From Candidatus Saccharimonadota bacterium (GTDB taxonomy: Bacteria > Pseudomonadota > Gammaproteobacteria > Enterobacterales > Enterobacteriaceae): 32,000 nt of DNA. Location of the stretch: positions 210,001-242,000 of the forward strand of contig CP188088.1 in assembly GCA_049942965.1 (NCBI GenBank), in the 5' to 3' direction. Below, piece by piece: positions 1 through 8,740 of this stretch (within the stretch, counting starts at the first letter, position 1; each line of letters opens with the position of its first letter). A model generated the notes under the pieces. It ran no database searches and was not told the origin of the DNA. It saw only the letters and a program-made list of their open reading frames with translations. The position numbers were made by a program, and so were the translations under genes.

Positions 1-1
1 G

Positions 2-466
2 TTTAGCTATTTTCAAATTGAGTTACAAATTACTTCTATTTTTCAAAGAAAGATAAAATTATTCTCAGGAGGAGAAATTGTCATTGATTCCACAGAAGCT
101 TTAACTGTAATTGATGTTAATTCGTCTCAATCTAAAAATGGAAAAAGAATGAAAGAAACAGCTTTAAATACTAATTTAGAAGCAGTTGAAGAAATATCCA
201 AACAAATTAGATTGCGAGATTTAGGAGGTTTAATTGTGATAGATTTTATTGATATGAAATTAATTGATCATAAACGAATCATTGAAAAAAAAATTAAAGA
301 AGAGATAAAAAAAGATAGAGCTCGTATTCAAATTGGTTTAATTTCTAGATTTGGATTATTAGAAATGTCTAGACAACGAGTAAAATACTCCATAAAAAAT
401 CTTAATAATTATATTTGTTCTAAATGTAGTGGAACAGGTGTATTGAAGAAAAATTTTATTTTTTAA
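2..466 (+). CDS. rne: Ribonuclease E, 3' part of the gene (5' end upstream of window); reading frame stops just after the Zn-link
   Basis: The frame is open from base 2: FSYFQIELQITSIFQRKIKLFSGGEIVIDSTEALTVIDVNSS precedes the listed ORF 149-466. Motifs RLRDLGGLIVIDFIDM, DRARIQIGLISRFGLLEMSRQR and CSKCSGTG match the E. coli RNase E catalytic domain and Zn-link, and fit Rne better than RNase G. The gene is convergent with the flg operon, as in E. coli. Stop TAA at 464-466. Confidence 0.85.
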   Translation, partial: FSYFQIELQITSIFQRKIKLFSGGEIVIDSTEALTVIDVNSSQSKNGKRMKETALNTNLEAVEEISKQIRLRDLGGLIVIDFIDMKLIDHKRIIEKKIKEEIKKDRARIQIGLISRFGLLEMSRQRVKYSIKNLNNYICSKCSGTGVLKKNFIF

Positions 467-701
467 ATTATTAATTTGAATTAAGTTTAAATTATATTAA
501 AAAAATATTTTTTGAAATATTTTTTTTTGTTATTTTAAATATTAATTAATTTTTAATATTTTAGCTTCTTTTATTAATTAAAAGAAATAATATCTATTTC
601 AGATAGTTTTTTTATAAATTTAAAATATAAAAAAACATAAATAATTTAAATTTTTATTTTTTTTAAATTTTTCAAAAAAAATATTTATCTATTTCAAATA
701 A

Positions 702-727
702 AATTCTAAATTTTAAAATTTAGAATT
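702..727. terminator. Perfect 26-bp palindrome centred on the flgK stop codon; candidate weak bidirectional terminator between convergent rne and flgK
   Basis: AATTCTAAATTTT|AAAATTTAGAATT: I paired 13 of 13 positions by hand, with one G-C pair. On the minus strand it is followed by TTATTTGAAAT. It is located at the end of the flg operon. Confidence 0.3.
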
Positions 728-2356
728 AAATATTTTTATTATTTCACTTATTTCATTAAGTGATGGTTCAAGAGATGACGTTTTATAATTTGATAAATGG
801 AGATTGTCTAGATTCTTTGGTTTTTTATTTAAATTTTGAAAAAAAATATTATTATTTAATTCATACATATTTTTTTCTAATAGAATATTTTCTTCCTTAA
901 CTTTTAATCGTTGATTTAATTTTAGTTGTTCTATTTTTTCTTGTATATGATTTTTATAATTTTCATAAGATTCTTCCATTGTTTCCTTATTGTTTATTAG
1001 CTTATAATTTTTTGAATCAATCATTTTCTGAAAATTTAAATAATCATCACGATCTGTATTGTTTGTTGGAAAATAAGCAATGTTTGTTTTTTCAGTTACG
1101 TTAGATTCAATGGAAAATTTATCAATTGCTGTAGCAGTTGATTGAATTAAATATTTATCGTTTTTTTTAAGAGATTTATTTAAATACTCGATTATTATTC
1201 CATCAAATTTTAGTAATGACAATGATAAAGCATTTTTTTTTTTTTCGGTCTTAAAATCAATAATTTCTTTATTATTAAAGAAATTTTTTATTTTCCATTT
1301 GTTTTTTCCTAAAAATTGAATTTCATATGTTTTTGGATAAAAAACATTGTAAGTATTCCATTTAGAATTTAATTTTTCCTTACCTTTATTATTTTTGTTA
1401 GGTATAATTTTTGGGTTGGTTTCTGAAAATATTTTTACTCCTGGATTACAATTAATATCATAACCATATCTATTTATAAAATTAAAATTATTGCTAAAAT
1501 TGTAAATTAGTTGTCCAATTTTATTTTTTGTTGATTCTAATTGTATTGTTCTAAATTTTAAAATAGCACCTAGAGTTCCTGTCGTGATAACTGGATCTAA
1601 AATTTTCATTGTTTTTTTTTTTTTTAATTGATATCCAACAGACATTTTATTAGAAAAATATGAACCATGAGCTGGAAAAATATCGTTTTTTTTAAAATTT
1701 TCTAATAAAATAATTTTTTTATTTAAAAATAAAAAAAAATTGTTGTTTTTTTCTAAAGATTTAATTCCAGCAATTTCATTTAATTGGTTAGATAAAATTT
1801 GTCTATCTACTATTAAATTTTCAATTTCATTTTTTTTATTAAAAATAATTGAATTAGGTTCATTTTTAATGTCATTAATTTTTTTATTAATATTTTTAAT
1901 TAATAGTAGATTATTGTTAATTTTTTTTATTTCTGATTTGATTTCTACGTTTAACAAAAATTCTAATTCTGACATGGATTTGTTAAATTTGTTTATCTGT
2001 CTAGCGATTTTTTGTACAATAAAAAAAAATTTTTTTCCAATAGTATTGCTTGTTCCTCTTTTACTTAAATTTATGAAAAAATCAGGAATTAAATCAGAAA
2101 AAATAATTTGATTATCTTCAATTATTGTTTTTAATTTTTCATAAAGAATAATCTCTGCTTTTTCCATTTGTTTTTCTGAAATTAATTTATCAACTATATT
2201 GAACAAATATGCAGGTTTTTTAAAAAATAATTGTTGATATTCATTTTTCTTTGTATATATTTGTTTATTATTGAGTATATTTTTTTTTGTTTTATTTTCT
2301 GCTTTTTTAATTAAATTAATAAAATTTATTCTTAAATTTGTTATTTTATTCATCAT
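713..2356 (-). CDS. flgK: Flagellar hook-associated protein 1 (FlgK), strongly diverged
   Basis: 547 aa, the same length as E. coli FlgK. The central block TGTLGAILKFRTIQLESTKNKIGQLIYNFSNNFNFINRYGYD aligns with E. coli TGSLGGILTFRSQDLDQTRNTLGQLALAFAEAFNTQHKAGFD. It sits directly downstream of flgJ. The N and C termini are poorly conserved. Confidence 0.8.
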   Translation of the reverse strand: MMNKITNLRINFINLIKKAENKTKKNILNNKQIYTKKNEYQQLFFKKPAYLFNIVDKLISEKQMEKAEIILYEKLKTIIEDNQIIFSDLIPDFFINLSKRGTSNTIGKKFFFIVQKIARQINKFNKSMSELEFLLNVEIKSEIKKINNNLLLIKNINKKINDIKNEPNSIIFNKKNEIENLIVDRQILSNQLNEIAGIKSLEKNNNFFLFLNKKIILLENFKKNDIFPAHGSYFSNKMSVGYQLKKKKTMKILDPVITTGTLGAILKFRTIQLESTKNKIGQLIYNFSNNFNFINRYGYDINCNPGVKIFSETNPKIIPNKNNKGKEKLNSKWNTYNVFYPKTYEIQFLGKNKWKIKNFFNNKEIIDFKTEKKKNALSLSLLKFDGIIIEYLNKSLKKNDKYLIQSTATAIDKFSIESNVTEKTNIAYFPTNNTDRDDYLNFQKMIDSKNYKLINNKETMEESYENYKNHIQEKIEQLKLNQRLKVKEENILLEKNMYELNNNIFFQNLNKKPKNLDNLHLSNYKTSSLEPSLNEISEIIKIFNSKF

Positions 2357-2412
2357 AATTCCAAAAAAAAATAAAAAATGTTTTTAAGTTGTATTTATTT
2401 TTATTATTTTTT

Positions 2413-2745
2413 TTAAATATTTAATTTTTTAGACATTTTTAATTGTTTTTCAATTATTGGGGCTAATCCCAATCCTTTATTGGAAACAATTTGTGAGATT
2501 GCTCCATGATATATTTCTGTATACATTTTTTCTTGATCATTACTAAAAAGTGATTCAGAACTTGATTGTTCTGAAAAAGATTCTTTCAATATTATTTGTA
2601 TAAATAATCCTTCGATCATTTTCCCTATTTCTAAATCTTTGTTGGTTCCTGTATTAATTTTTTTTTCAAAAATATTTAATCTATTTTTTGAATAATGATT
2701 ATATTCAATGGAGTTTTTAATTGGTAATAAAAAATTATTTTTCAT
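2413..2745 (-). CDS. flgJ: FlgJ, rod-binding N-terminal domain only (no muramidase domain)
   Basis: 110 aa. IEGLFIQIILKES and NKGLGLAPIIEKQL match E. coli FlgJ VEGMFVQMMLKSM and GKGLGLAEMLVKQM. Its start overlaps the flgI stop by 1 nt (TAATG at 2745). E. coli FlgJ is about 313 aa. Confidence 0.75.
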   Translation of the reverse strand: MKNNFLLPIKNSIEYNHYSKNRLNIFEKKINTGTNKDLEIGKMIEGLFIQIILKESFSEQSSSESLFSNDQEKMYTEIYHGAISQIVSNKGLGLAPIIEKQLKMSKKLNI

Positions 2746-3842
2746 TATAGGATCTCTAATTTAGCGTTTATACAACCGGCATTTTTCATCGATTTTAAAA
2801 TAAAAATCAGTTCATCTGGTGCGGTTCCTAAAGATTGTAATGCTCTTATTATATTTATTAAATTACTATTATATGAATTAAACTTATTTTCTTGGTTAAT
2901 TAAATAATTTTTATCTTTTATAAAAAGATCTAAGTTTTTCTTATAATTTTTTTTTAGTTTTTCATTTACTATAATTGACATTTTTTTATTTGATAAATTA
3001 CAAGCATTTATTTTTATATCTCCATTAGAAACTACAGTTCCTGTTTTAGAATTTATGATTATTTTTGCATCTGTTACTGGCATAAAAACATCAATATTTT
3101 GTATTTTAGATATCATTTTAATTTGTTCAGTTGGATTTTTAGAAATAGTAACTTGTATAGTTCTTGCATCAATAGGAGTAGCAATATTAAAAAATTTTGC
3201 ATTAATACAATCACTAATTTTTTGAGAAGTTGAAAAATCTTCTTCATTTAATTGTAAATAAATTGAACCTTTTTCTAATTCAATTTCATTATTCATTTTT
3301 CTTTGTACAGTAGCTCCTAAAATAATTTTACCTGCATTAGAATTTTGTTTTTGCAATTGAAAATAAAAAAAATTGATGTTTTTATTTTTTTTTTCTTTAA
3401 TTAAAACTTGTCCTTGTGCAGTAGCGTAAATTTTATTATCACTTGCTCGCAACGGAGTCATGAGAAGAGTTCCACCTTCTAAACTTTTTGCTGTTCCAAT
3501 GGAAGAAACATGAACATCCATTTGTTGTCCAACATAACTAAAATTAGGTAAAGTTGCTGTTACCATTACAGCAGCAGTATTTTTTGGGTTCATAGAAGAA
3601 CTAGATGAAACTGATATTCCTAGTCTAGATAACATTCCAGATAAACTTTGATTTGTAACCGGAGATTGTCTGGTTTCATCTCCAGTACCGTTTAAACCAA
3701 CTACTAACCCATACCCTATAAGTTTATTTTCTTGAAATCCTTGTAGGGTAGTTATGTCTCTAATTTTATCAGAATGTGCAGGAACAGTAATAAAAATAGA
3801 TAATAGAATTATGTAAACTTTTAAAAATATATTTTTTATCAT
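2745..3842 (-). CDS. flgI: Flagellar P-ring protein FlgI
   Basis: 365 aa, the same as E. coli. It has a signal peptide (MIKNIFLKVYIILLSIFITVPAHS) and conserved blocks LIGYGLVVGLNGTGD, SLEGGTLLMTPL and NIIRALQSLGTAPDELI.ILKSMK.AG. Confidence 0.93.
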   Translation of the reverse strand: MIKNIFLKVYIILLSIFITVPAHSDKIRDITTLQGFQENKLIGYGLVVGLNGTGDETRQSPVTNQSLSGMLSRLGISVSSSSSMNPKNTAAVMVTATLPNFSYVGQQMDVHVSSIGTAKSLEGGTLLMTPLRASDNKIYATAQGQVLIKEKKNKNINFFYFQLQKQNSNAGKIILGATVQRKMNNEIELEKGSIYLQLNEEDFSTSQKISDCINAKFFNIATPIDARTIQVTISKNPTEQIKMISKIQNIDVFMPVTDAKIIINSKTGTVVSNGDIKINACNLSNKKMSIIVNEKLKKNYKKNLDLFIKDKNYLINQENKFNSYNSNLINIIRALQSLGTAPDELIFILKSMKNAGCINAKLEIL

Positions 3843-3901
3843 AAATTATCCTAATAAAAAATCTAACTAACTTTTTTAATTTTTATTAAAAATTTTTTTT
3901 A

Positions 3902-3933
3902 AACTAACATTTAATTTTAAATTAATGTTAGTT
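3902..3933. repeat. Inverted repeat (10-bp perfect stem, 12-nt spacer) in the flgH-flgI spacer
   Basis: AACTAACATT (3902-3911) pairs with AATGTTAGTT (3924-3933). All 10 pairs were checked and 2 are G-C. ATTTTTTATTT follows on the plus strand. Confidence 0.85.
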
Positions 3934-3985
3934 ATTTTTTATTTAGAAACGCTAAAAAAATTAATAGGTTTTATTTTATAAAATT

Positions 3986-4675
3986 TTATAAAGGCCAAAT
4001 TTTAAAGAACCAACGTTGTAACCAACCCATACCATTTGTTGAACTTACATAATCGCTAGTAACATATTCTATGTTAGCATTGGCAATTTGCTTTGAAGCT
4101 ACGGAGTTATTTCTATCAATAGTTCTTGGATTAACTATTCCAGTAAATTTTATGTATTCTGTTCCCTGATTTATTGTTATTCTTTTTTCTCCTTCAACTT
4201 TCAAGTTTCCATTTGGTAATATTTCATTAATTGTTACTGTAATTACTCCTTCCAACACGTTTTTAGTACTAGAATTTCCTAAACCAGAATAATTATTTTT
4301 TGTTTCTCCGTTAAATTCATTTTTGTTAATGTTTTTTTTATGAATTATGCCAATTGGATTTAAAAAAGGAGTTATAGAAAGATGACTATCACCTGATTTA
4401 GCTATTTTTTCTGAAGAACTGTTACTAGTACTAACATTTTCTTCTAACAAAACAGTCATAGTATCACCAACATTATGTGGTTGATAATCTTCAAATAAAG
4501 ATAAATTATTATTTTTAATAAAATTCAATTTTTCTTGACTTTCGTAAGCAGAATGCTTTTTTGAGTTCTTTAGTAATTTACTGTTCGGAACAGAAGAACA
4601 TCCATGTAGAAGAGACATAATTACTATTATAAAAAAAAAATTGTAGTTTTTTAACTTTAAAGAATATTTATTCAC
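3986..4675 (-). CDS. flgH: Flagellar L-ring lipoprotein FlgH
   Basis: 229 aa (E. coli about 232). The N-terminal hydrophobic segment ends in the lipobox-like LLHG-C; Cys26 is the codon at 4598-4600, and His at -2 is atypical. Conserved blocks are NVGDTMTVLLEENVS, LEGVITVTINEILPNGNL and ITINQGTEYIKFTGIVNPR.I. It lies between flgG and flgI. Confidence 0.9.
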   Translation of the reverse strand: MNKYSLKLKNYNFFFIIVIMSLLHGCSSVPNSKLLKNSKKHSAYESQEKLNFIKNNNLSLFEDYQPHNVGDTMTVLLEENVSTSNSSSEKIAKSGDSHLSITPFLNPIGIIHKKNINKNEFNGETKNNYSGLGNSSTKNVLEGVITVTINEILPNGNLKVEGEKRITINQGTEYIKFTGIVNPRTIDRNNSVASKQIANANIEYVTSDYVSSTNGMGWLQRWFFKIWPL

Positions 4676-4748
4676 AATTAAATACCTTTTTAGTAATTTG
4701 TTTTGAAAATATTTTTTTATAAATATTTTTTTTAATTAATTTAATTAA

Positions 4749-5531
4749 TTACAGTTGACTTAGTTTTTGCAACATTTGATCAGAACTATTTATTGATTTA
4801 CTATTGATTTCGTAAGCTCGTTGAGTTTGAATCATATTTACTAGTTCTTCTGCTACATTAACATTTGAAGTTTCTATATAACCTTGATTAATTGTTCCTA
4901 ATCCGTTTTGTCCTGGTAAACCTTCCATAGGTGGTCCTGAAGATATTGTTTCTTTGAACATATTTTCTCCAATGTTAGATAATCCACCATTATTTATAAA
5001 ATTAACCAGACTAATTTGTCCTGCTGGAGTGCTACTTATTTCTTGTTCTACATTAAAAGAAACAGAACCATCTCTACTTACATTTATAGACAGTGCATTA
5101 GGTGGAATTACTATTGACGGTTGTATAACAAATCCAGAATTATTAACAAGTTGCCCGTTTTGATTTATTTCGAAAGATCCATCTCTTGTATATGCTGTAC
5201 TCCCGTCTGGAAGTTTTATTTGAAAAAAACCTACTCCACTAATAGATAAATCCTTATTTGAATCTGTTTTAGCTAAATTACCTTGAGTATGAATTTTTTT
5301 TGTTGAAACTGGTCTTACCCCTGTTCCAATTTGTAAACTATTTGGAATATTTTCATCATTTTCTAATTTAGAACCAGGTTGTTGAATAGTTTGATACATA
5401 AGATCTTCAAAAACAGCACGTGATCTTTTAAATCCATTTGTACTAACATTCGCCAAGTTATTAGATATTACGTCCATGTTTATTTGTTGTGCATCTAAAC
5501 CAGTTTTTGCTATCCATAAAGATGGAATCAT
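4749..5531 (-). CDS. flgG: Flagellar distal rod protein FlgG
   Basis: 260 aa, the same as E. coli. It begins [47 protein letters not shown] and ends [23 protein letters not shown], which is highly conserved. Confidence 0.95.
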   Translation of the reverse strand: MIPSLWIAKTGLDAQQINMDVISNNLANVSTNGFKRSRAVFEDLMYQTIQQPGSKLENDENIPNSLQIGTGVRPVSTKKIHTQGNLAKTDSNKDLSISGVGFFQIKLPDGSTAYTRDGSFEINQNGQLVNNSGFVIQPSIVIPPNALSINVSRDGSVSFNVEQEISSTPAGQISLVNFINNGGLSNIGENMFKETISSGPPMEGLPGQNGLGTINQGYIETSNVNVAEELVNMIQTQRAYEINSKSINSSDQMLQKLSQL

Positions 5532-5554
5532 GTTTTTTCTCTCTCTATTATAAT

Positions 5555-6319
5555 TTAATAGTTTACCAATATGGAATTGGCTTTTTGTTCATTTTCATCA
5601 CATAAATGAATCATTTTCATTTGCATTTCAAATTGTCTAGTATTATCAATCATTTCTACAAGATTTTCTGTTAAATTAACGTTGCTATCTTCTAATGCTC
5701 CTTGAACTAATTGTGGTTTTTTATTTTTTATAAAAAATTTTTTTTCATTTTTTTTTATTTTTTTTGATAACTCGAAAAAACCATTCTTATTTTTTGCTAT
5801 TTTTGAAATATTTATATTTACTATCTTTATTTTTCCTATTTTTTGTTGATATGCTCTGTTTTTTTTGTAACGAATTATTGTAACTATTCCGTCTGTAGAA
5901 ACAGTTGGAGTGCAATTAACTGGAATATAAATAGAATGTCCATTACAGTCCATTAAACTATATTGATTAATAGTAATCTTTCCAGAATTATTGATTTCTA
6001 ATCTACCATTTCTAGTATATAGTTCTTTGTTTTTTTTATCTTTAACTACAAACCATCCTTCATCTTTTATTGCTAAATTCATAGGATCATGTGTATCTTT
6101 TATAATTCCGTTAGAAAAATCATATTTTGGAAGATTTGATAAAAAAGAATGAGAATTAGACTTAGATATTTTACCATTATTAATCGGAAAGTTCAAAATG
6201 GTTCTCAATTGAGATTTAAAACCGGAAGTAGATACATTAGCTAAATTATTAGCTAAGATTTCTGATTTTTTTAATATTCTATTAACTGCTAATATAGAAT
6301 TATTAATCGTATTATTCAT
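5555..6319 (-). CDS. flgF: Flagellar proximal rod protein FlgF
   Basis: 254 aa (E. coli about 251). It has an N-terminal [14 protein letters not shown] rod motif and the C-terminal block [31 protein letters not shown]. It lies between flgE and flgG. Confidence 0.9.
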   Translation of the reverse strand: MNNTINNSILAVNRILKKSEILANNLANVSTSGFKSQLRTILNFPINNGKISKSNSHSFLSNLPKYDFSNGIIKDTHDPMNLAIKDEGWFVVKDKKNKELYTRNGRLEINNSGKITINQYSLMDCNGHSIYIPVNCTPTVSTDGIVTIIRYKKNRAYQQKIGKIKIVNINISKIAKNKNGFFELSKKIKKNEKKFFIKNKKPQLVQGALEDSNVNLTENLVEMIDNTRQFEMQMKMIHLCDENEQKANSILVNY

Positions 6320-6341
6320 TTTATTTTCTCTAAAAATTATT

Positions 6342-7580
6342 TTATTTTATATCATTAAGTAATGTTTCAATCATTTTATCTTGTATTTGCATTGATTTCG
6401 CAACAGATCGATAATTTTTTTGTGCTTCTATCATATTAGATAATTCTTTTTGTATATCAACATTAGAAGATTCCAACGATCCTATATCAAATGAGTTGTT
6501 GCTATTATCAATTGAAGTGTGTACTTTTTTTTTATCCCAATTTTTTTTAATTGACCAAAAATCGTTTCCTGATTTTTCTAGTACATTTAAGTTATAAAAG
6601 TTAATTATTGGAATTTTACCAATTATTTTTTTTTGATTATTGTCATAACTAGCAATTATATTTCCATTATTTTCGATATTAAATTTATATAATTTTCCAG
6701 CAGGATATCCATCTTGTGTTGAAAAACTAAAATCATCTCTTTTATCTAAATTTTTTAAAGATATATTGTTTTTATATATTTTAAAAAATTCCTCTTTCTG
6801 TTGATTATCTAATGAGGCTAATCTAACATCTTCTGGATCTGGTTCGATCATTGCTCTGTTCATATCAAATTCTAATAGAATTTTTTTTGATTTTACATTT
6901 TTCCCTTCTGTTTCATCAATAGGATACAAAAGCCATATATGTTGAGATATTTTTTTAAAATACAATCCTATATGATGAATTTTACCTCTTTTATCAAAAA
7001 CTAATTCGGTTTTTTTAAAATTATAGGTTTCAATTTTATTAGGAAAAAAATCATTTTTTATTTTTTTTTCTGCATCAATTAATGTAGTTGTTAAATTTAG
7101 TTTATTAGTTTTTTTTGCTTCCATGGTTTTATTTATTTTTTTTAAACTAATTGGACACATTTTAAGATTTTGATTATTGTTTTTGTTATTTTCAATGTAT
7201 CCAATCAAATGCATTCCATTATCGTTAACAATATTTTTGTTTTCATCAAGAAAAAAATGACCATTTTTAGTATAAAAAATAGAATTTGAGGAATCTTGTA
7301 TTTTAAAAAATCCATTTTTATTGTTAATAAAAAAATCTAAACTTTTTCCAGTTTTTTTTTTTTTTCCTATAGAAAAGTCTGTTTTATTATTTTTTTTTAA
7401 TAAAATTCCTGATCCAATGTTTAATTTATTTGAATCTGTATTTTTTGGAAATACATCATTGAATTCTAATTTTTCTTTTTTATATCCATTGTTCGAATTA
7501 GCATTAGATATATTTTTTTCAATTAAATTAATTTTTTCATTAAACATCTTTAATGTATTTATATACGTTGAAAAAATCAT
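6342..7580 (-). CDS. flgE: Flagellar hook protein FlgE
   Basis: 412 aa (E. coli about 402). The C-terminal GSLESSNVDIQKELSNMIEAQKNYRSVAKSMQIQDKM matches the axial-protein C-terminal consensus. Its position in the operon fits. The middle is very K/N-rich and diverged. Confidence 0.85.
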   Translation of the reverse strand: MIFSTYINTLKMFNEKINLIEKNISNANSNNGYKKEKLEFNDVFPKNTDSNKLNIGSGILLKKNNKTDFSIGKKKKTGKSLDFFINNKNGFFKIQDSSNSIFYTKNGHFFLDENKNIVNDNGMHLIGYIENNKNNNQNLKMCPISLKKINKTMEAKKTNKLNLTTTLIDAEKKIKNDFFPNKIETYNFKKTELVFDKRGKIHHIGLYFKKISQHIWLLYPIDETEGKNVKSKKILLEFDMNRAMIEPDPEDVRLASLDNQQKEEFFKIYKNNISLKNLDKRDDFSFSTQDGYPAGKLYKFNIENNGNIIASYDNNQKKIIGKIPIINFYNLNVLEKSGNDFWSIKKNWDKKKVHTSIDNSNNSFDIGSLESSNVDIQKELSNMIEAQKNYRSVAKSMQIQDKMIETLLNDIK

Positions 7581-7627
7581 ATAGTTTATACCTCTAAAAT
7601 TGATTTTATATAAATATCATTTATTTT

Positions 7628-8284
7628 TTAAAAAATTTTTTTAATATCGCTGATATTAACATTTTTTGTGTTACTCAAATTAATAATTGGTTCCTTTGTA
7701 GGATTTGTAATTCCTTGTATAACAGAATAATTTAATATCATTCCTATTTTTGGACTATTATTTTCTTCATTTATTTTAATTTCGTAAGTTCCAACTGGTA
7801 ATTCAAAATTTTTTTCATCCATAGATAAAAAATGAATTCCCTTTTTCATATTTTTTAAATGTTTTATAAATTGATTATTTCTATTTTTGACATCAATAAT
7901 TTTTAAATTTACCATTTTTGTATCTTTAAATAATTCAATTCCATAAAATAAATTCATATTTTTAACTTTTTTAAATTTTATACTAGGAACTAATATTTTT
8001 TTTCCAATCAATGATGACATATTAAAAATATTATTTATTTTATTTTTTTCTTTTATTTGTTCTATTTGATTATTTATTTTTTCAAGATTACTATTAGTTT
8101 TGATAACTGCTAATTGATTTATTAATTCTGAATTTTTTATTGGGTTTATCGGATCTTGATTTTTTATTTGAGTAATCAATAAATTAATGAAATCTTTTTG
8201 TAATATTTCATTATAATTTTTTTTTTTTAAAAAATTTTGTTTATCAATAAAATTAGATTTTGTATTAATATCAGTATTAATCAT
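7628..8284 (-). CDS. flgD: Hook capping/assembly protein FlgD
   Basis: 218 aa. FINLLITQIKNQDPINPIKNSELINQLA matches the FlgD N-terminal motif (FL.LLV.QL.NQDP..P). It lies between flgC and flgE. Confidence 0.8.
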   Translation of the reverse strand: MINTDINTKSNFIDKQNFLKKKNYNEILQKDFINLLITQIKNQDPINPIKNSELINQLAVIKTNSNLEKINNQIEQIKEKNKINNIFNMSSLIGKKILVPSIKFKKVKNMNLFYGIELFKDTKMVNLKIIDVKNRNNQFIKHLKNMKKGIHFLSMDEKNFELPVGTYEIKINEENNSPKIGMILNYSVIQGITNPTKEPIINLSNTKNVNISDIKKIF

Positions 8285-8322
8285 TGTTTTTCCCTATATT
8301 TATAAATTTTAGAATTTAAAAA

Positions 8323-8733
8323 TTAATATTGACCTATGGAAATGGTTTTCATTAATAGTGACTTAGCAGTGTTAGCTACTTCTACATTAGCTTGATAATT
8401 TCTAGATGCTGAAATACTTTCTATGACTTCAGAAACAATATTAACATTAGACTTTTTTAAAAAACCATCTTTGTCTGACAAAGGATTGTTAGGTTCATAT
8501 ATTTTTTTGAAATTTTCTGAAGAATTTACTATTTTGTCTATTTTAACTCCTCCAATATAATTATTTTTACTATCAAATTTTAATATTACTTTTTTTGCGA
8601 TATATGGATATGATTTTCCATTTTTTTTAATTACGCTATCTACATTTGCTATATTTGTAGAAATAACGTTTATTTTTTTTTCTTGTGCTTCCATAGCTGA
8701 ACCAGCTATGTAAAGTATATTTGATAATGACAT
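8323..8733 (-). CDS. flgC: Flagellar proximal rod protein FlgC
   Basis: 136 aa. MSLSNILYIAGSAMEAQEKKINVISTNIANVDS aligns with E. coli [33 protein letters not shown]. The C-terminal SNVNIVSEVIESISASRNYQANVEV is also conserved. Confidence 0.93.
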   Translation of the reverse strand: MSLSNILYIAGSAMEAQEKKINVISTNIANVDSVIKKNGKSYPYIAKKVILKFDSKNNYIGGVKIDKIVNSSENFKKIYEPNNPLSDKDGFLKKSNVNIVSEVIESISASRNYQANVEVANTAKSLLMKTISIGQY

Positions 8734-8740
8734 AATTTGT

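Noticed and set aside
591-696. 11-bp direct repeat TATCTATTTCA at 591-601 and 686-696, and small hairpins (566-586; 591-605 followed by a T-run) in the rne-flgK spacer
   Set aside because: They are short and A/T-rich and could easily arise by chance. The 591-605 stem is only 5 bp. I noted them as a possible weak rne terminator but do not consider them supportable as features.
1740-2111. ORFs on the strand opposite to confidently called genes. They are 1740-2111, 4954-5163, 7321-7584, 12652-12858, 13569-14060, 14573-14797, 15994-16278, 18318-18524, 18915-19103, 21139-21522, 22838-23050, 24252-24491, 30444-30920 and 31314-31613. ORF 21913-22119 is an out-of-frame ORF inside znuB.
   Set aside because: Each lies entirely inside a well-supported conserved gene. 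Their products are low-complexity (F/I/L/S/K-rich) mirror translations with no recognisable motifs. These are typical shadow ORFs.
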